Shown in pieces: positions 38,822 to 47,860 of a stretch of 64,000 bases of DNA. This DNA comes from a virus, in IMG/VR virus record IMGVR_UViG_3300032282_001282, positions 22,284 to 86,283 of that record; one strand, written 5' to 3'. Each line of letters opens with the position of its first letter. Position 1 is the first letter of the stretch. The position numbers and the translations under genes are program-made. The notes under the pieces are model-generated. The model was not told where the DNA came from. It searched no databases and saw only the letters and a list, made by a program, of their open reading frames with translations.

Positions 38822-39366
38822 TATTTCTCCTCAGGGGGATTGTGCGGTGTAAGTCCAGTTTCTTCTACACCTTCTTTGTACCATGTAGTAACTTCGTCTT
38901 CGTTTTCAGCTTCCCATTCAGCCATTGACTCACTGATGCAGTATGCGTCATCTAATTCTTGCGGTAATTGTTGTACTACATCACTAGAGCTCATGCTGGA
39001 TAAGTCGTAATAGTCGTCGCTTCCGTTTTCCCACACGCCAGCAAATGCCGAACCAGACTCATAATATGTTGCATAAACTGTAAAGCCTAAGTCAATAAAT
39101 TTCTCATAGGCCGCAATGGGCGGCGACCATGCAGAGTCAAAGTAAAAAACAATTTCGTTATCGTCCCAAGTTTGGATACCGTTACCATCGCCCACGTCCC
39201 ACTTAGTGCCCCAATTGGCCACAGACCAGTCATAGTCCCATTCACCAGTTGGGTTGGGGATAAACTCGTTTAAGAACTTACCTTCGGCAAATGCCGCTTT
39301 AGCACGAACAATCATTGCAGGATCGTCGTGTGTAAGAGTTAGCGTATTACCGCACCAATTAGGCAT
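38821..39366 (-). CDS. YubB/DUF1281 ferredoxin-like protein
   Basis: MPNWC.N; NWGTKWD; FDSAWSPP; YYE.G. Confidence 0.7.
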   Translation of the reverse strand: MPNWCGNTLTLTHDDPAMIVRAKAAFAEGKFLNEFIPNPTGEWDYDWSVANWGTKWDVGDGNGIQTWDDNEIVFYFDSAWSPPIAAYEKFIDLGFTVYATYYESGSAFAGVWENGSDDYYDLSSMSSSDVVQQLPQELDDAYCISESMAEWEAENEDEVTTWYKEGVEETGLTPHNPPEEK

Positions 39367-39803
39367 TATGCAGTCTCCTGTGTTGACTTAATTACAGCTT
39401 CGTGCAAAGGCGTAAACTCTTTACGATATGCACTCACATACCAAACACCTGAATCCATAATGTAGTAGAATTCGGCGCCCGAGCCATCGTAATAGTCCAT
39501 CCATTCCGCTTCGCTACCAAAGCTCTTAAACTCAGTACCTTCTTCGCCGCGGTCACGGCCGTAAAATGTAGTCCAGGTGGCTTCTTCACTGCCCTCTACA
39601 GCACGTAGATCGAATGAATGTTGCAGACCAATTTCTTCACGAAGGCTACTGATGTCACCTAGTGCTACCAGGTTGTTGGCCTTGGCGCTGTTATAGTGCT
39701 CAAGCAAGATAGCACCGTTATGTTCAATATAACCATCCCAATGGCAATAAACTGCCTTAATGCGATCACCGTGTTTTACAGCAATAGTTGAACGAGTACC
39801 CAT
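39366..39803 (-). CDS. conserved phage hypothetical protein
   Basis: MGTRS.I; YCHWDGY; YGRDRGE. Confidence 0.65.
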   Translation of the reverse strand: MGTRSTIAVKHGDRIKAVYCHWDGYIEHNGAILLEHYNSAKANNLVALGDISSLREEIGLQHSFDLRAVEGSEEATWTTFYGRDRGEEGTEFKSFGSEAEWMDYYDGSGAEFYYIMDSGVWYVSAYRKEFTPLHEAVIKSTQETA

Positions 39804-40147
39804 TATGCAATCTCCTTAACATGTTTACAATCGCCACGGAATGTATATCCGGGACAGCTACATTTTAGCATATTGTCGATTTTTTCAACAACATACACAT
39901 CACCTTTAGAACCAGTAAATTCCCACTTTTCAGTTTTTACATCGTCTAAACTTACTTCACCTAACTCACGCACTTCACGAAATGTTCTACGACGTGCATC
40001 AAACGTGTACGGCTTCTTGAATACTGTTACTTCTTCTGTACCTGCCTTAAGGTAACCGTACATCTTACTTTTATCTGTGGTTAGTAGATAAATGTGATTG
40101 GGCGTAGGGCTTGCCCAATCTGCGGTTGTTTCTTTGTAGAACTTCAT
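39803..40147 (-). CDS. SWIM zinc-finger protein
   Basis: CSCPGYTFRGDCKH. Confidence 0.75.
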   Translation of the reverse strand: MKFYKETTADWASPTPNHIYLLTTDKSKMYGYLKAGTEEVTVFKKPYTFDARRRTFREVRELGEVSLDDVKTEKWEFTGSKGDVYVVEKIDNMLKCSCPGYTFRGDCKHVKEIA

Positions 40148-40491
40148 TAGTCTAAACGGCTACCAGCGTATGCACGGAAACCATATTTCTCAAAAACCTT
40201 TGCCGCGGCACGAGCACCTTCTTCTTTGGTGTCAATGTTTTGGCAATGCAAATCGCTAGGGTTCCAAATACTGAAGGCCTTGTTATAGTTCTGCTCCAAA
40301 CCTGCGGCCTTGAGCGTCTTGCCCAATTTGGTATTACCTTTGACGCCAAAAATTTCAACCCAGGCAAAGCCACAAGCAAACTGATCTTGACCGCCCAAAC
40401 GTTCTTGGAAAAACTTTTCAGCGGCTTCGCGAGCGGCTTGTTTAGCTTCGGCTACAATAGCAACAACTTGATCTTTAGTGTAATCCATCAC
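40147..40491 (-). CDS. conserved phage hypothetical protein
   Basis: CGFAWV...Q....KE.GA.A.A.V...YG..AY..SRLD. Confidence 0.65.
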   Translation of the reverse strand: MMDYTKDQVVAIVAEAKQAAREAAEKFFQERLGGQDQFACGFAWVEIFGVKGNTKLGKTLKAAGLEQNYNKAFSIWNPSDLHCQNIDTKEEGARAAAKVFEKYGFRAYAGSRLD

Positions 40492-40517
40492 AGGCTCCTT
40501 TTAATTACGATACACAT

Positions 40518-40546
40518 AGTATAACATTTTGGGAATTTCGGGTCTA
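40518..40546 (-). promoter_or_regulatory. early promoter with TTCCCA spacer
   Basis: TAGACC-CGAAATTCCCAAAATGT-TATACT. Confidence 0.65.
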
Positions 40547-40554
40547 CCGAAATC

Positions 40555-40833
40555 TTACATGGACCAATATGTTTCACTTGCAGGACTGCAACAATTTGGG
40601 GTATTAACATCTTCCTCAAATGTCTTGCCCGTCATTAGGTTAGTACGGGTAACCATACGGGGTTTATAACTGTCACGAGTAATAATTTGAAGTTGGTTAG
40701 CACTCCAACCTGCTTTATTAATCAAACGGGTTACTGTAGCCTTTGCGGCACCCCAAGTCTTGTATGCACGAGTCTTGTTTGGGCCGTCTGTAACAATAAG
40801 ACCAGTACCCTTAGAAACAATGTAAAAACTCAT
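40555..40833 (-). CDS. hypothetical protein
   Basis: Start MSFYIV with SD AGGAG; C-terminal TP.CCSP.SETYWSM. Confidence 0.6.
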   Translation of the reverse strand: MSFYIVSKGTGLIVTDGPNKTRAYKTWGAAKATVTRLINKAGWSANQLQIITRDSYKPRMVTRTNLMTGKTFEEDVNTPNCCSPASETYWSM

Positions 40834-40863
40834 TTTCAGCTCCTTTTTACTTACTATACCCAT

Positions 40864-40892
40864 ATTATAGCATTTTGGGAATTTAGGGTAAA
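40864..40892 (-). promoter_or_regulatory. early promoter with TTCCCA spacer
   Basis: TTTACC-CTAAATTCCCAAAATGC-TATAAT. Confidence 0.7.
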
Positions 40893-40908
40893 CCAAAATT
40901 TTAGGTAT

Positions 40909-40933
40909 AAAAAAGCCCCTTTTACGGGGCTTT
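40909..40933 (-). terminator. terminator after TctC, immediately upstream of an early promoter
   Basis: aaaaaagcccc-ttttac-ggggcttt. Confidence 0.7.
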
Positions 40934-40958
40934 AAAGTGTGGGTTTTTCGCAACAATA

Positions 40959-41927
40959 TTATTGTACGTTTTTCTTGGTTTTTTCTAATATTTTAAATGT
41001 CTTATTCTGTATTGTACGCAAATCCTCAAACGAGCCACCGGCGTTTATAACGCCCGATGTTTTGAGTCTTTCTGCGTATACAGGATTTTTCAACCCTTCC
41101 TCAACCACGAGATGTATTCTAGCCACAGTTGCTAAATCAGTACCAGCCGGCGCAAATAGTCCATACCAAATGTTCATGTCTAATTCGGGGTGCTTCTTGG
41201 ATAACGCTGGTAATTTAACAGAAGGATTTAATTCGTTGACCGTATGGCTTCCTTCGGGAGTCAGTGCGGCAATAAATTTAATTTTTCCAGCCTGCCATTG
41301 TGGCTTTAGTGTACCCAGTGAATCAATTGAAAAATCCACATTGCCGGCCATCAAATCAATCAGTGCTGGGCCGCCACCTTTGTAGTTGATAATCTGTGGT
41401 GCTGGTAATTTTTCCAATTTGGCCCAGTATGTAAACAAGTTGGCATTGTGATTGGACCAGTGTGCTATGTTGAATTTGTTGGGATTTTTGCGTACATAGT
41501 CCTTGAGTTCTTCATAGTTGTTAACAGGACTGTTTGCAGGAACAGCAAGAATAAATGTGGCAATACCCATTGGGATAATTGGAGAGAAACTGGCCGGTGT
41601 ATATTCTATATTTTCTTGTGCAGTCTTGAAAACAATATTACTGTCCAAGGTACCTTGACTGACCATGAATACTGTGTGTCCGTCTGGATTGGCCTTGGCC
41701 ACATAGTTGGCGGCAATCACAGTATCAGCACCGGGCTTGTTTACAACTGTAGCTCGCCAGCCGTGATTGTTAATAATTTCTTCAACAATACGAGCAAGTC
41801 GGTCTGTGTTTCCGCCTGGTGCAAACCCTACCACAATTTCAATTGGTTTTTTTGTTGGATCAAAATCAGCTAGAGCTGAAAAAGATAACATTGATAGTAC
41901 GGCTGTGATAAAAAGTCGTTTAAACAT
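40959..41927 (-). CDS. Bug/TctC substrate-binding protein
   Basis: Signal peptide; KPIEIVVGFAPGG.TD..AR; NKPGA; PDGHT; YKGGGPAL.DL.AG; WYGLFAPAGT. Confidence 0.9.
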   Translation of the reverse strand: MFKRLFITAVLSMLSFSALADFDPTKKPIEIVVGFAPGGNTDRLARIVEEIINNHGWRATVVNKPGADTVIAANYVAKANPDGHTVFMVSQGTLDSNIVFKTAQENIEYTPASFSPIIPMGIATFILAVPANSPVNNYEELKDYVRKNPNKFNIAHWSNHNANLFTYWAKLEKLPAPQIINYKGGGPALIDLMAGNVDFSIDSLGTLKPQWQAGKIKFIAALTPEGSHTVNELNPSVKLPALSKKHPELDMNIWYGLFAPAGTDLATVARIHLVVEEGLKNPVYAERLKTSGVINAGGSFEDLRTIQNKTFKILEKTKKNVQ

Positions 41928-41989
41928 GATTTGAATGGTCCTTATTTTTAAAAATTTCAATGATTGCGTTGTATAGTTTTTCTAGCACG

Positions 41990-43105
41990 TTATTCTCCTA
42001 GACTGTATTTCTTAGAGTATATGTCCTTGATGTTTAGTAGTGCGTGTGTACGGCCTAATGCGTTTTCGTTAAGCCAATTGAAGAATGGTTTGTCTCCGCG
42101 TAGGTTATAAAACCCTTTAACATAATTTATTGCTGTCGGGTCACCGAGTTTTAATTTTGCGGCCAACATAGGTTCACCAGTTAGGTTAGCAAAATCTTCA
42201 AAGTTGGCATCAGGATCAAATTGAGTACGGTATATACGTCCGTTGGCTGTTTTTTGATTAAAGCTGGCACCTTTGGTCAATTCAGGATGCCGACCTACTA
42301 GTCGAGACCAGGCTGTATAACTAAACGGGCTGGCATCTCTGGCAACCCAAGTTTGACTAAAATTGTCATAAACTCCTGATTTGTGTAATCGCTTCAAGGC
42401 ATTTTTAGCCATATGACTTTGTTTTAAGTTAACTAATGGATCAAGAAAAAAACATTCTACATTAGGATGTCCCATTGTTGTACGTATATTTCTGTCAGTT
42501 TGGCATGTAACCCATTGTCCATTCTCATGGAAAATTGTCGGCTTTTCTAATCCCAATGTAATACCCCAACGGTAACCGTTATGATTGCGTTCACAATGTT
42601 CTATGGTGGCATCGCTCATTGCCGACTGTCCGTATTTTAATAAATCGCCGCTGGTTTCAAAGATCCAGTTTTCGTCACGGACTACCAACTTGCGAATATT
42701 TGAATCGTATTCGTTCCACGGAGTGATTACTGTAGACTTATCGTAGCAGTTGTCTATCATCCATTGTACATGCCACTCGGGGTACGGGTCTCCAGCAATG
42801 TCTTGGCTATACTTGATAATAATTTCATCAATGTGAATGTTATTGGCTTTGAAGATGTTATACATAGTGTGGCTGTCTGTGCCACCGGACCACATAAAGA
42901 TCAGCCGCTCGTACTTGTTTCGTAAATTGCGGGCATGGATTCCCATGAGTTCATCAAAACTAGCTGTGGGTTCTTGAGTCCAATCTAGTCGGTCATTTTC
43001 TGCGTCTAAGCAGTAAAGCTCAACAGGTCGGTTTGAGGTAAAAGATTCGTATAACGCAACATACACGTTGTAAAAAATCTTACCATTGCATAGGTAATGG
43101 GTCAT
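41990..43105 (-). CDS. PP-loop family protein, paralog of 3592..4719
   Basis: LR.KY..L..MWSGGTDSH...HIDEII; G.EKP; ECFF; KQ.H. Confidence 0.7.
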   Translation of the reverse strand: MTHYLCNGKIFYNVYVALYESFTSNRPVELYCLDAENDRLDWTQEPTASFDELMGIHARNLRNKYERLIFMWSGGTDSHTMYNIFKANNIHIDEIIIKYSQDIAGDPYPEWHVQWMIDNCYDKSTVITPWNEYDSNIRKLVVRDENWIFETSGDLLKYGQSAMSDATIEHCERNHNGYRWGITLGLEKPTIFHENGQWVTCQTDRNIRTTMGHPNVECFFLDPLVNLKQSHMAKNALKRLHKSGVYDNFSQTWVARDASPFSYTAWSRLVGRHPELTKGASFNQKTANGRIYRTQFDPDANFEDFANLTGEPMLAAKLKLGDPTAINYVKGFYNLRGDKPFFNWLNENALGRTHALLNIKDIYSKKYSLGE

Positions 43106-43129
43106 TGAATATTCATTCTAATAGATTAA

Positions 43130-43362
43130 CATAATGATAGGTTTATTCTGTTACGAGGAAAACCTATCAAAACCCTAAGTGGCTGTTAGGCCGCTAATGC
43201 GAACTGTTCGTCGTTTGCGTTTACGTTTTTTGCTTCTGCGACCGAGCTACGTCTTTCTATGCTATGGGCATAGCGACTACAGTTACCTCAATCCTAACGG
43301 GTTTCACATTCCCGTGTTGTCTGCTTGTCTACTTATCACCCTGTCGAAACCATAGCAGGCCC
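43130..43362 (-). ncRNA. ssrA: tmRNA coding piece of a circularly permuted ssrA (5' acceptor strand plus tag reading frame)
   Basis: Starts GGGCCTG...GGTTTCGAC; tag ORF 43218..43186 encodes ANDEQFALAA-stop; ends in a gataggttt...aaacctatc hairpin (43136..43168). The 3' boundary is approximate. Confidence 0.9.
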
Positions 43363-43363
43363 A

Positions 43364-43732
43364 TCATAAAGAAACTTGTTTGAGATACTGCTCACCTTCG
43401 CCGGTTACATACCAATACTCATCATCGTTGACTATGTATCCAGCATCAGCCAAACTGTCCATAGCATTGTCAAATGCTTGGGTGCGTGACTCATCTTCTA
43501 CATAGTCTAATCCTGACATGATGGCAGTATAGATTCCTTTTAGTATTAGAATTTTACCTAATCCCTTGCCTTGAAAGGTTGGCTCTAATTCTACTAAACT
43601 TCTTCCACTAACTGCATCATATTGAAATGTTCCTGCATATTGCCCATCTACACTTATTTCAACGCCAATAGTATTACTACCTTTTGTTGTTTTGAAACTT
43701 AGTTTCGGATTAGCAATTTCAGTGATACGCAT
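43364..43732 (-). CDS. GNAT-like protein encoded in the tmRNA intervening segment
   Basis: ELEPTFQGKGLGK resembles acetyl-CoA-binding motif A; SD TAAGGAAG directly after the tmRNA CCA; N-terminus MRITEI. Confidence 0.65.
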   Translation of the reverse strand: MRITEIANPKLSFKTTKGSNTIGVEISVDGQYAGTFQYDAVSGRSLVELEPTFQGKGLGKILILKGIYTAIMSGLDYVEDESRTQAFDNAMDSLADAGYIVNDDEYWYVTGEGEQYLKQVSL

Positions 43733-43744
43733 CAAACTTCCTTA

Positions 43745-43809
43745 TGGTGGACCTGGCGGGAGTCGAACCCGCGTCCAGAATGCCTTTCGGCTCACTTCAT
43801 ACAACAATA
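43745..43809 (-). ncRNA. ssrA: tmRNA acceptor piece (T-arm plus CCA) of permuted ssrA
   Basis: CTGGACGCGGGTTCGACTCCCGCCAGGTCCACCA; CAGGTCC pairs with GGGCCTG at 43362, giving G3-U70 and A73; TATAAT at 43816..43821 upstream. The 5' boundary is approximate. Confidence 0.9.
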
Positions 43810-43824
43810 ACTTACATTATATAC

Positions 43825-45330
43825 TTATTTGACTAGCGTGTCAAACGGGGTTAATTTGGATTTTTTGTAAGTTTCTATGGCCGCATACACTTCTTTGATT
43901 TTGTTACCAAATAATGTTTTATCAAAAGTTCCATTTATAACATCTTTGATATCGATTCCTAATCCAACTATTTCCGACACTTCCCACATAGCAGTTACAC
44001 CATCATTCCAGTTGTGTATAACTTTGCCAAACTTCTTTCTGTACTGATCTGTTTCTTTGTTTAACTGTTTTGCGATGGCCAATGCTGTATCTACATCCAT
44101 AAATTTGTTTTTCCAGTTTACAATGTCGATGTCTTTTTTAAATGTGCCTTTGTCTACAGTTTCTGCATCTTTTGTAGTGTAGTCCCATTTTTCATAGTTC
44201 TTCTCAAACTCACTTAATCTAGTCATTGCATTTTTACGCAACACCAATCCAAACCATTCCCATTTATCAAATACTTCAAAGTTCTGGTCGATAAACCATT
44301 GCTGGCTATCAAGTATGCTTTTTAATGATTCGCCGGGCAGTCCTACAATCATTCCTGTGTATGTATAGATGTCGCGATTCTTTTTTAGTTGTCTAACAGC
44401 GTCAAGTTGACGTTCAGTATCCATGCCCTTGCCAATGGCTTTTTTAGCCTCAGGATGGAATGATTCTATCCCAAAGGTACCGGCAATAAGTCCTGTGTCG
44501 GCCAACATTGATATTGTTTCAGGATATCTGGCCATTAAGTCTGCACGTAAGAATGCCGAGTAAGTTAGTTGAACTCCGCTTTGTGCAATAGCTTCGGCAA
44601 CGTATTCTAGTTTAACTATGTTGTCGTTAAATGTATCGTCTTGGAATGTGTAGTTAGTGATACCCCACATTTCGTAATTGCGTTTGAATTCATCGGCTAA
44701 ATTTCCTTTGTGTCGTATGTAGTCATTTTTCTTTTTACCAAGCAAAGGAAATTGGCAAAAGGTACATCTAAATATACAGCCACGACTAATTTCAACAGGC
44801 AAGAAGTTAAATTTAATTTGATCTTCGGGCAACCATTTGATTGTTAAATCAGTGTCATCATTCTTGTAAAATTCTTCAGCATTAACTGCCAGGGTTTCTC
44901 TATATGGTACCCATTGTAGGTTGTCTAATCGTTTACCCGTAATGTATTTTAAGTAATGTAATACTGCTTCTTCGGCGTAGCCCCAGATAATTCTATCTAC
45001 TAGAGCTGTATCTAATCCAGCCAGTGCAGATTCGTTACCGCCAATGAGTGTTTGTACTCCGGGATAGGTTTCTTTGACATGTTTGAATAAGGTATTAATT
45101 TTTTCAAAGTCGTACAAGAATGTAATGCTAATGCCAACAAACAAAGTATCTTTTGTGATATACTTTGCACATACTTGTTTTAATTCGTCTATAGAAAAAT
45201 GACTAAAGTAATCAACTACTTCAATGTTGAACCCATGTGGTTCCAAGAATGTCCTAATTCTAGTTGCACCGGCAGGCCTAGTTAAGGTCTTGGTTTTATC
45301 CATGCCAGTGAAGATTATTCCGTGTGTCAT
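43825..45330 (-). CDS. B12-binding-domain radical SAM enzyme (class B-like)
   Basis: N-terminal VGISITF/IGG/GYAE domain; EISRGCIFRCTFC; DDTFND; GIES; IVGLPGE. Confidence 0.85.
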   Translation of the reverse strand: MTHGIIFTGMDKTKTLTRPAGATRIRTFLEPHGFNIEVVDYFSHFSIDELKQVCAKYITKDTLFVGISITFLYDFEKINTLFKHVKETYPGVQTLIGGNESALAGLDTALVDRIIWGYAEEAVLHYLKYITGKRLDNLQWVPYRETLAVNAEEFYKNDDTDLTIKWLPEDQIKFNFLPVEISRGCIFRCTFCQFPLLGKKKNDYIRHKGNLADEFKRNYEMWGITNYTFQDDTFNDNIVKLEYVAEAIAQSGVQLTYSAFLRADLMARYPETISMLADTGLIAGTFGIESFHPEAKKAIGKGMDTERQLDAVRQLKKNRDIYTYTGMIVGLPGESLKSILDSQQWFIDQNFEVFDKWEWFGLVLRKNAMTRLSEFEKNYEKWDYTTKDAETVDKGTFKKDIDIVNWKNKFMDVDTALAIAKQLNKETDQYRKKFGKVIHNWNDGVTAMWEVSEIVGLGIDIKDVINGTFDKTLFGNKIKEVYAAIETYKKSKLTPFDTLVK

Positions 45331-46103
45331 TTGTTCTTATTAATGTAACGCTGTTTTAGTGCTTCAAAAAACTCACGATCATCATCAGTTAATTCAACTG
45401 CATCAATTTGTTCACGTTGATATCTAACAAAATTTTGTAGTGCTTCAAAGTCGCCTTCATACTTAAAGTTGTTGGTAATCTTTTTAGTATCGTAAACGTC
45501 CATGATAATATGATAACGATCTTCATCTGAGTCATTGCGAATTTGGTGCCATAGGTTAGTCCAAATAATGTATGGACGACCATCGGCTTCCATGTACAGA
45601 CGATCCCCATCACAGATGTGTACGCATTGGTCGTTAGTCCACAATGGAATATGTAGTCTAGCCATATACTCAGTTGTGTCTGCGTCTTTGTGTACTAGGC
45701 TTTTACAATGTGCTTGTAAGCAGGTAATCCTGGCACGTCTAGGATAAAAACCCAACTCCATTAAATGATCAATTATTTTTTTAATTTCGCCTACATAGGC
45801 CTGTGTGGGCTTGTCGTGTTCTAAACTGTGGGAAATATTAAAATGTTTAAAGGACTTGTATATTAGTTCTGTTGTAGGTAAAAATGATTCAAGTGACGTA
45901 CCGGCTTCTGTTTGTATTGCTTCCCAACCATCTTGCCAGTCTGCACTACGGCTTAACAAACTCCACCCGCCAAATCCGTGATACTGTGGTGTTTCAAATT
46001 CTTCGCCTTGGATTACTTGGTTGCCCAATGTAAATACACTTTCGCGAACTTCTTTGCGAAGTTTATCAATATCAAATTGAACGTCTAATTTTTCGTACCA
46101 CAT
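45327..46103 (-). CDS. Asp/Asn beta-hydroxylase-like 2OG-Fe(II) oxygenase
   Basis: RARIT.L; HKD; RLHIPL.TN; H...N.S.EDRYHII.D. Confidence 0.8.
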   Translation of the reverse strand: MWYEKLDVQFDIDKLRKEVRESVFTLGNQVIQGEEFETPQYHGFGGWSLLSRSADWQDGWEAIQTEAGTSLESFLPTTELIYKSFKHFNISHSLEHDKPTQAYVGEIKKIIDHLMELGFYPRRARITCLQAHCKSLVHKDADTTEYMARLHIPLWTNDQCVHICDGDRLYMEADGRPYIIWTNLWHQIRNDSDEDRYHIIMDVYDTKKITNNFKYEGDFEALQNFVRYQREQIDAVELTDDDREFFEALKQRYINKNK

Positions 46104-46111
46104 ATTATTCC

Positions 46112-46687
46112 TTAAATGTTATTTGTTTCTTTGAGCATTTGGTATACATCATTATATGTATACTTTTTTGTTCTGAGAGCTATAGCTTTTCTAACAGCAA
46201 ATTCTTCTACCGGGATCACGTTGTGTATTTGCGATACATCTAGTAACCAAGCCTCGCCTTCTTCGGCAATAAAACTATCTATTTCTTCTACATCATCTAA
46301 ATCGTATACGGCTTTTACATAAGCAACTTCTTGGTCTTCTTCAAGACGACTTTTAGGACGGGTAATTACATTTTCTAATTGATGATAAGTTGAATTGTCT
46401 TTGGCACGATAAAATACCGTGCGACACTTTGTAGTCTTAATGTAAAAATTAATTGTAGTTACTAAATCATTATCAACGTGCGGTAACAGTACAGAATTAA
46501 TAGTCATCAGCGTTAGATAAAAATCATCTTTATACTGTTTAGGTACCACAGAATAAATTGCGTCTATGTCCGGGCTCCAAATTTTATTATGATATACACC
46601 CTTACCGTCTAGGCCAGCAAAAGACTCTAGTCCACTGATGTTAGTGTACAAAGGTGTTTCAAATCGATTTGTTAAGCGAGCAAACAT
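46112..46687 (-). CDS. 2OG-Fe(II) oxygenase-like protein
   Basis: LPHVD; TINFY; LDVSQIHNV; RKAI; paralog of 47330..47860. Confidence 0.7.
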   Translation of the reverse strand: MFARLTNRFETPLYTNISGLESFAGLDGKGVYHNKIWSPDIDAIYSVVPKQYKDDFYLTLMTINSVLLPHVDNDLVTTINFYIKTTKCRTVFYRAKDNSTYHQLENVITRPKSRLEEDQEVAYVKAVYDLDDVEEIDSFIAEEGEAWLLDVSQIHNVIPVEEFAVRKAIALRTKKYTYNDVYQMLKETNNI

Positions 46688-47340
46688 AGCGTCTTATAAT
46701 TAAAATAGTCAGACCCAGATTCAATTATTTGTCTTAGTCTCGGAATGTCTATTTGTTCAATCTTATTAGTATAACCTATTTCGACAGAATATGCAATCAT
46801 ATCTTCGGATAGTTTTTCCAATAGCTGTGTTTGGTTATAGAACTGTGAGTATCCACGCCCTACACAAGCAAGTACATTAACTGCATCCGATTTTAATTCA
46901 AAATTGTTAACGTCTACAATCTCTACAATGTTCATTGGCTTTGCAATACCCAACGCTTCATAACATAATTCTCCCGAAGACTTAGTGTCAATTACTGGAT
47001 ATCGTTTTGTTAATTTTTTACAAACGCTGTCAAAATAATAAGGACTGCCTGGTGCTAGATACGCATACTTAGAATCTCGGGGTAGTGATTTAATAACATC
47101 AATGACCTTCTTGGCAACACTAAATCCATCGATCCTTTTGTTATTTTCTACCCAGGCATTTAATGTAATTATCTTGTGTCCACGTTCTTTAATATACCGA
47201 TAACCGTAATAGTCGGGATAAGATGCCGATGCTACAACACAAGTAATCTTTTGATCAAAGAATGTATAAAACTCTTTGGTAGCAGATTCTTGAGTAATCG
47301 GCACACCCACGACAGTAATGTCGCGAGACTTAAACCACAT
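46672..47340 (-). CDS. tetrapyrrole-methylase-fold (class III) SAM methyltransferase-like protein
   Basis: ITVVG; AYLAPGSPYYFDS (G.P motif); SS.E.CY..LGI, resembling PG.S..D....LGID. Confidence 0.5.
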   Translation of the reverse strand: MWFKSRDITVVGVPITQESATKEFYTFFDQKITCVVASASYPDYYGYRYIKERGHKIITLNAWVENNKRIDGFSVAKKVIDVIKSLPRDSKYAYLAPGSPYYFDSVCKKLTKRYPVIDTKSSGELCYEALGIAKPMNIVEIVDVNNFELKSDAVNVLACVGRGYSQFYNQTQLLEKLSEDMIAYSVEIGYTNKIEQIDIPRLRQIIESGSDYFNYKTLCLLA

Positions 47341-47860
47341 TGCCGGTCTCTTTAAGCATTTCAACAACATTGTCATAAGGATGTATAAATGTACCTAAGG
47401 TTACTGCCTTACGCAGACCGATGGTACCTTGTACGCTGTGTATTTTCTTAACGTTCAAGCACCATATTTCAAAGTCCTGTGCTACAAAACTATCTACTTC
47501 TTCAAGCTCATCTTCAAAATAAATGTGACCATCAATTTGATTTTCTATTTGCAAGGTCCTTGGATTATCTACTGTAGGTCGATAAAATACAGTTTTAGCT
47601 CCGCTGGTTTCAATATAAAAATTGATAGTAGTAATAATTTCTGTATCTGTATGTGGAGGTATTGGGCGATTGATAGTCATAACAGTTAAATGAAAATCAG
47701 ACCAATAACGTTTAGGCAATACGCTGTAGAGTTTTTCGGCGTCGGGCGACCATATCTTTTTATAGTCAATGCCTTGGTTGTCAACGCCTGTGAATGTCTT
47801 TAGCCCCTGTGTTACTGTGTACAGTGGTTTTTCAAAGGTGCTGTTAAGACGTACAAACAT
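47330..47860 (-). CDS. 2OG-Fe(II) oxygenase-like protein
   Basis: IPPHTD; TINFY; LNVKKIHSV; RKAV. Confidence 0.7.
   Translation of the reverse strand: MFVRLNSTFEKPLYTVTQGLKTFTGVDNQGIDYKKIWSPDAEKLYSVLPKRYWSDFHLTVMTINRPIPPHTDTEIITTINFYIETSGAKTVFYRPTVDNPRTLQIENQIDGHIYFEDELEEVDSFVAQDFEIWCLNVKKIHSVQGTIGLRKAVTLGTFIHPYDNVVEMLKETGNVV

Noticed and set aside
43364-43732. Intron or homing-endonuclease insertion in a standard tmRNA
   Set aside because: The 3' half precedes the 5' half, which is permutation rather than interruption; no intron core or nuclease motif is visible
43745-43780. Apparent tRNA gene (T-arm plus CCA)
   Set aside because: No D or anticodon arm upstream; its acceptor partner and tag frame lie ~380 nt downstream, so it is the tmRNA acceptor piece
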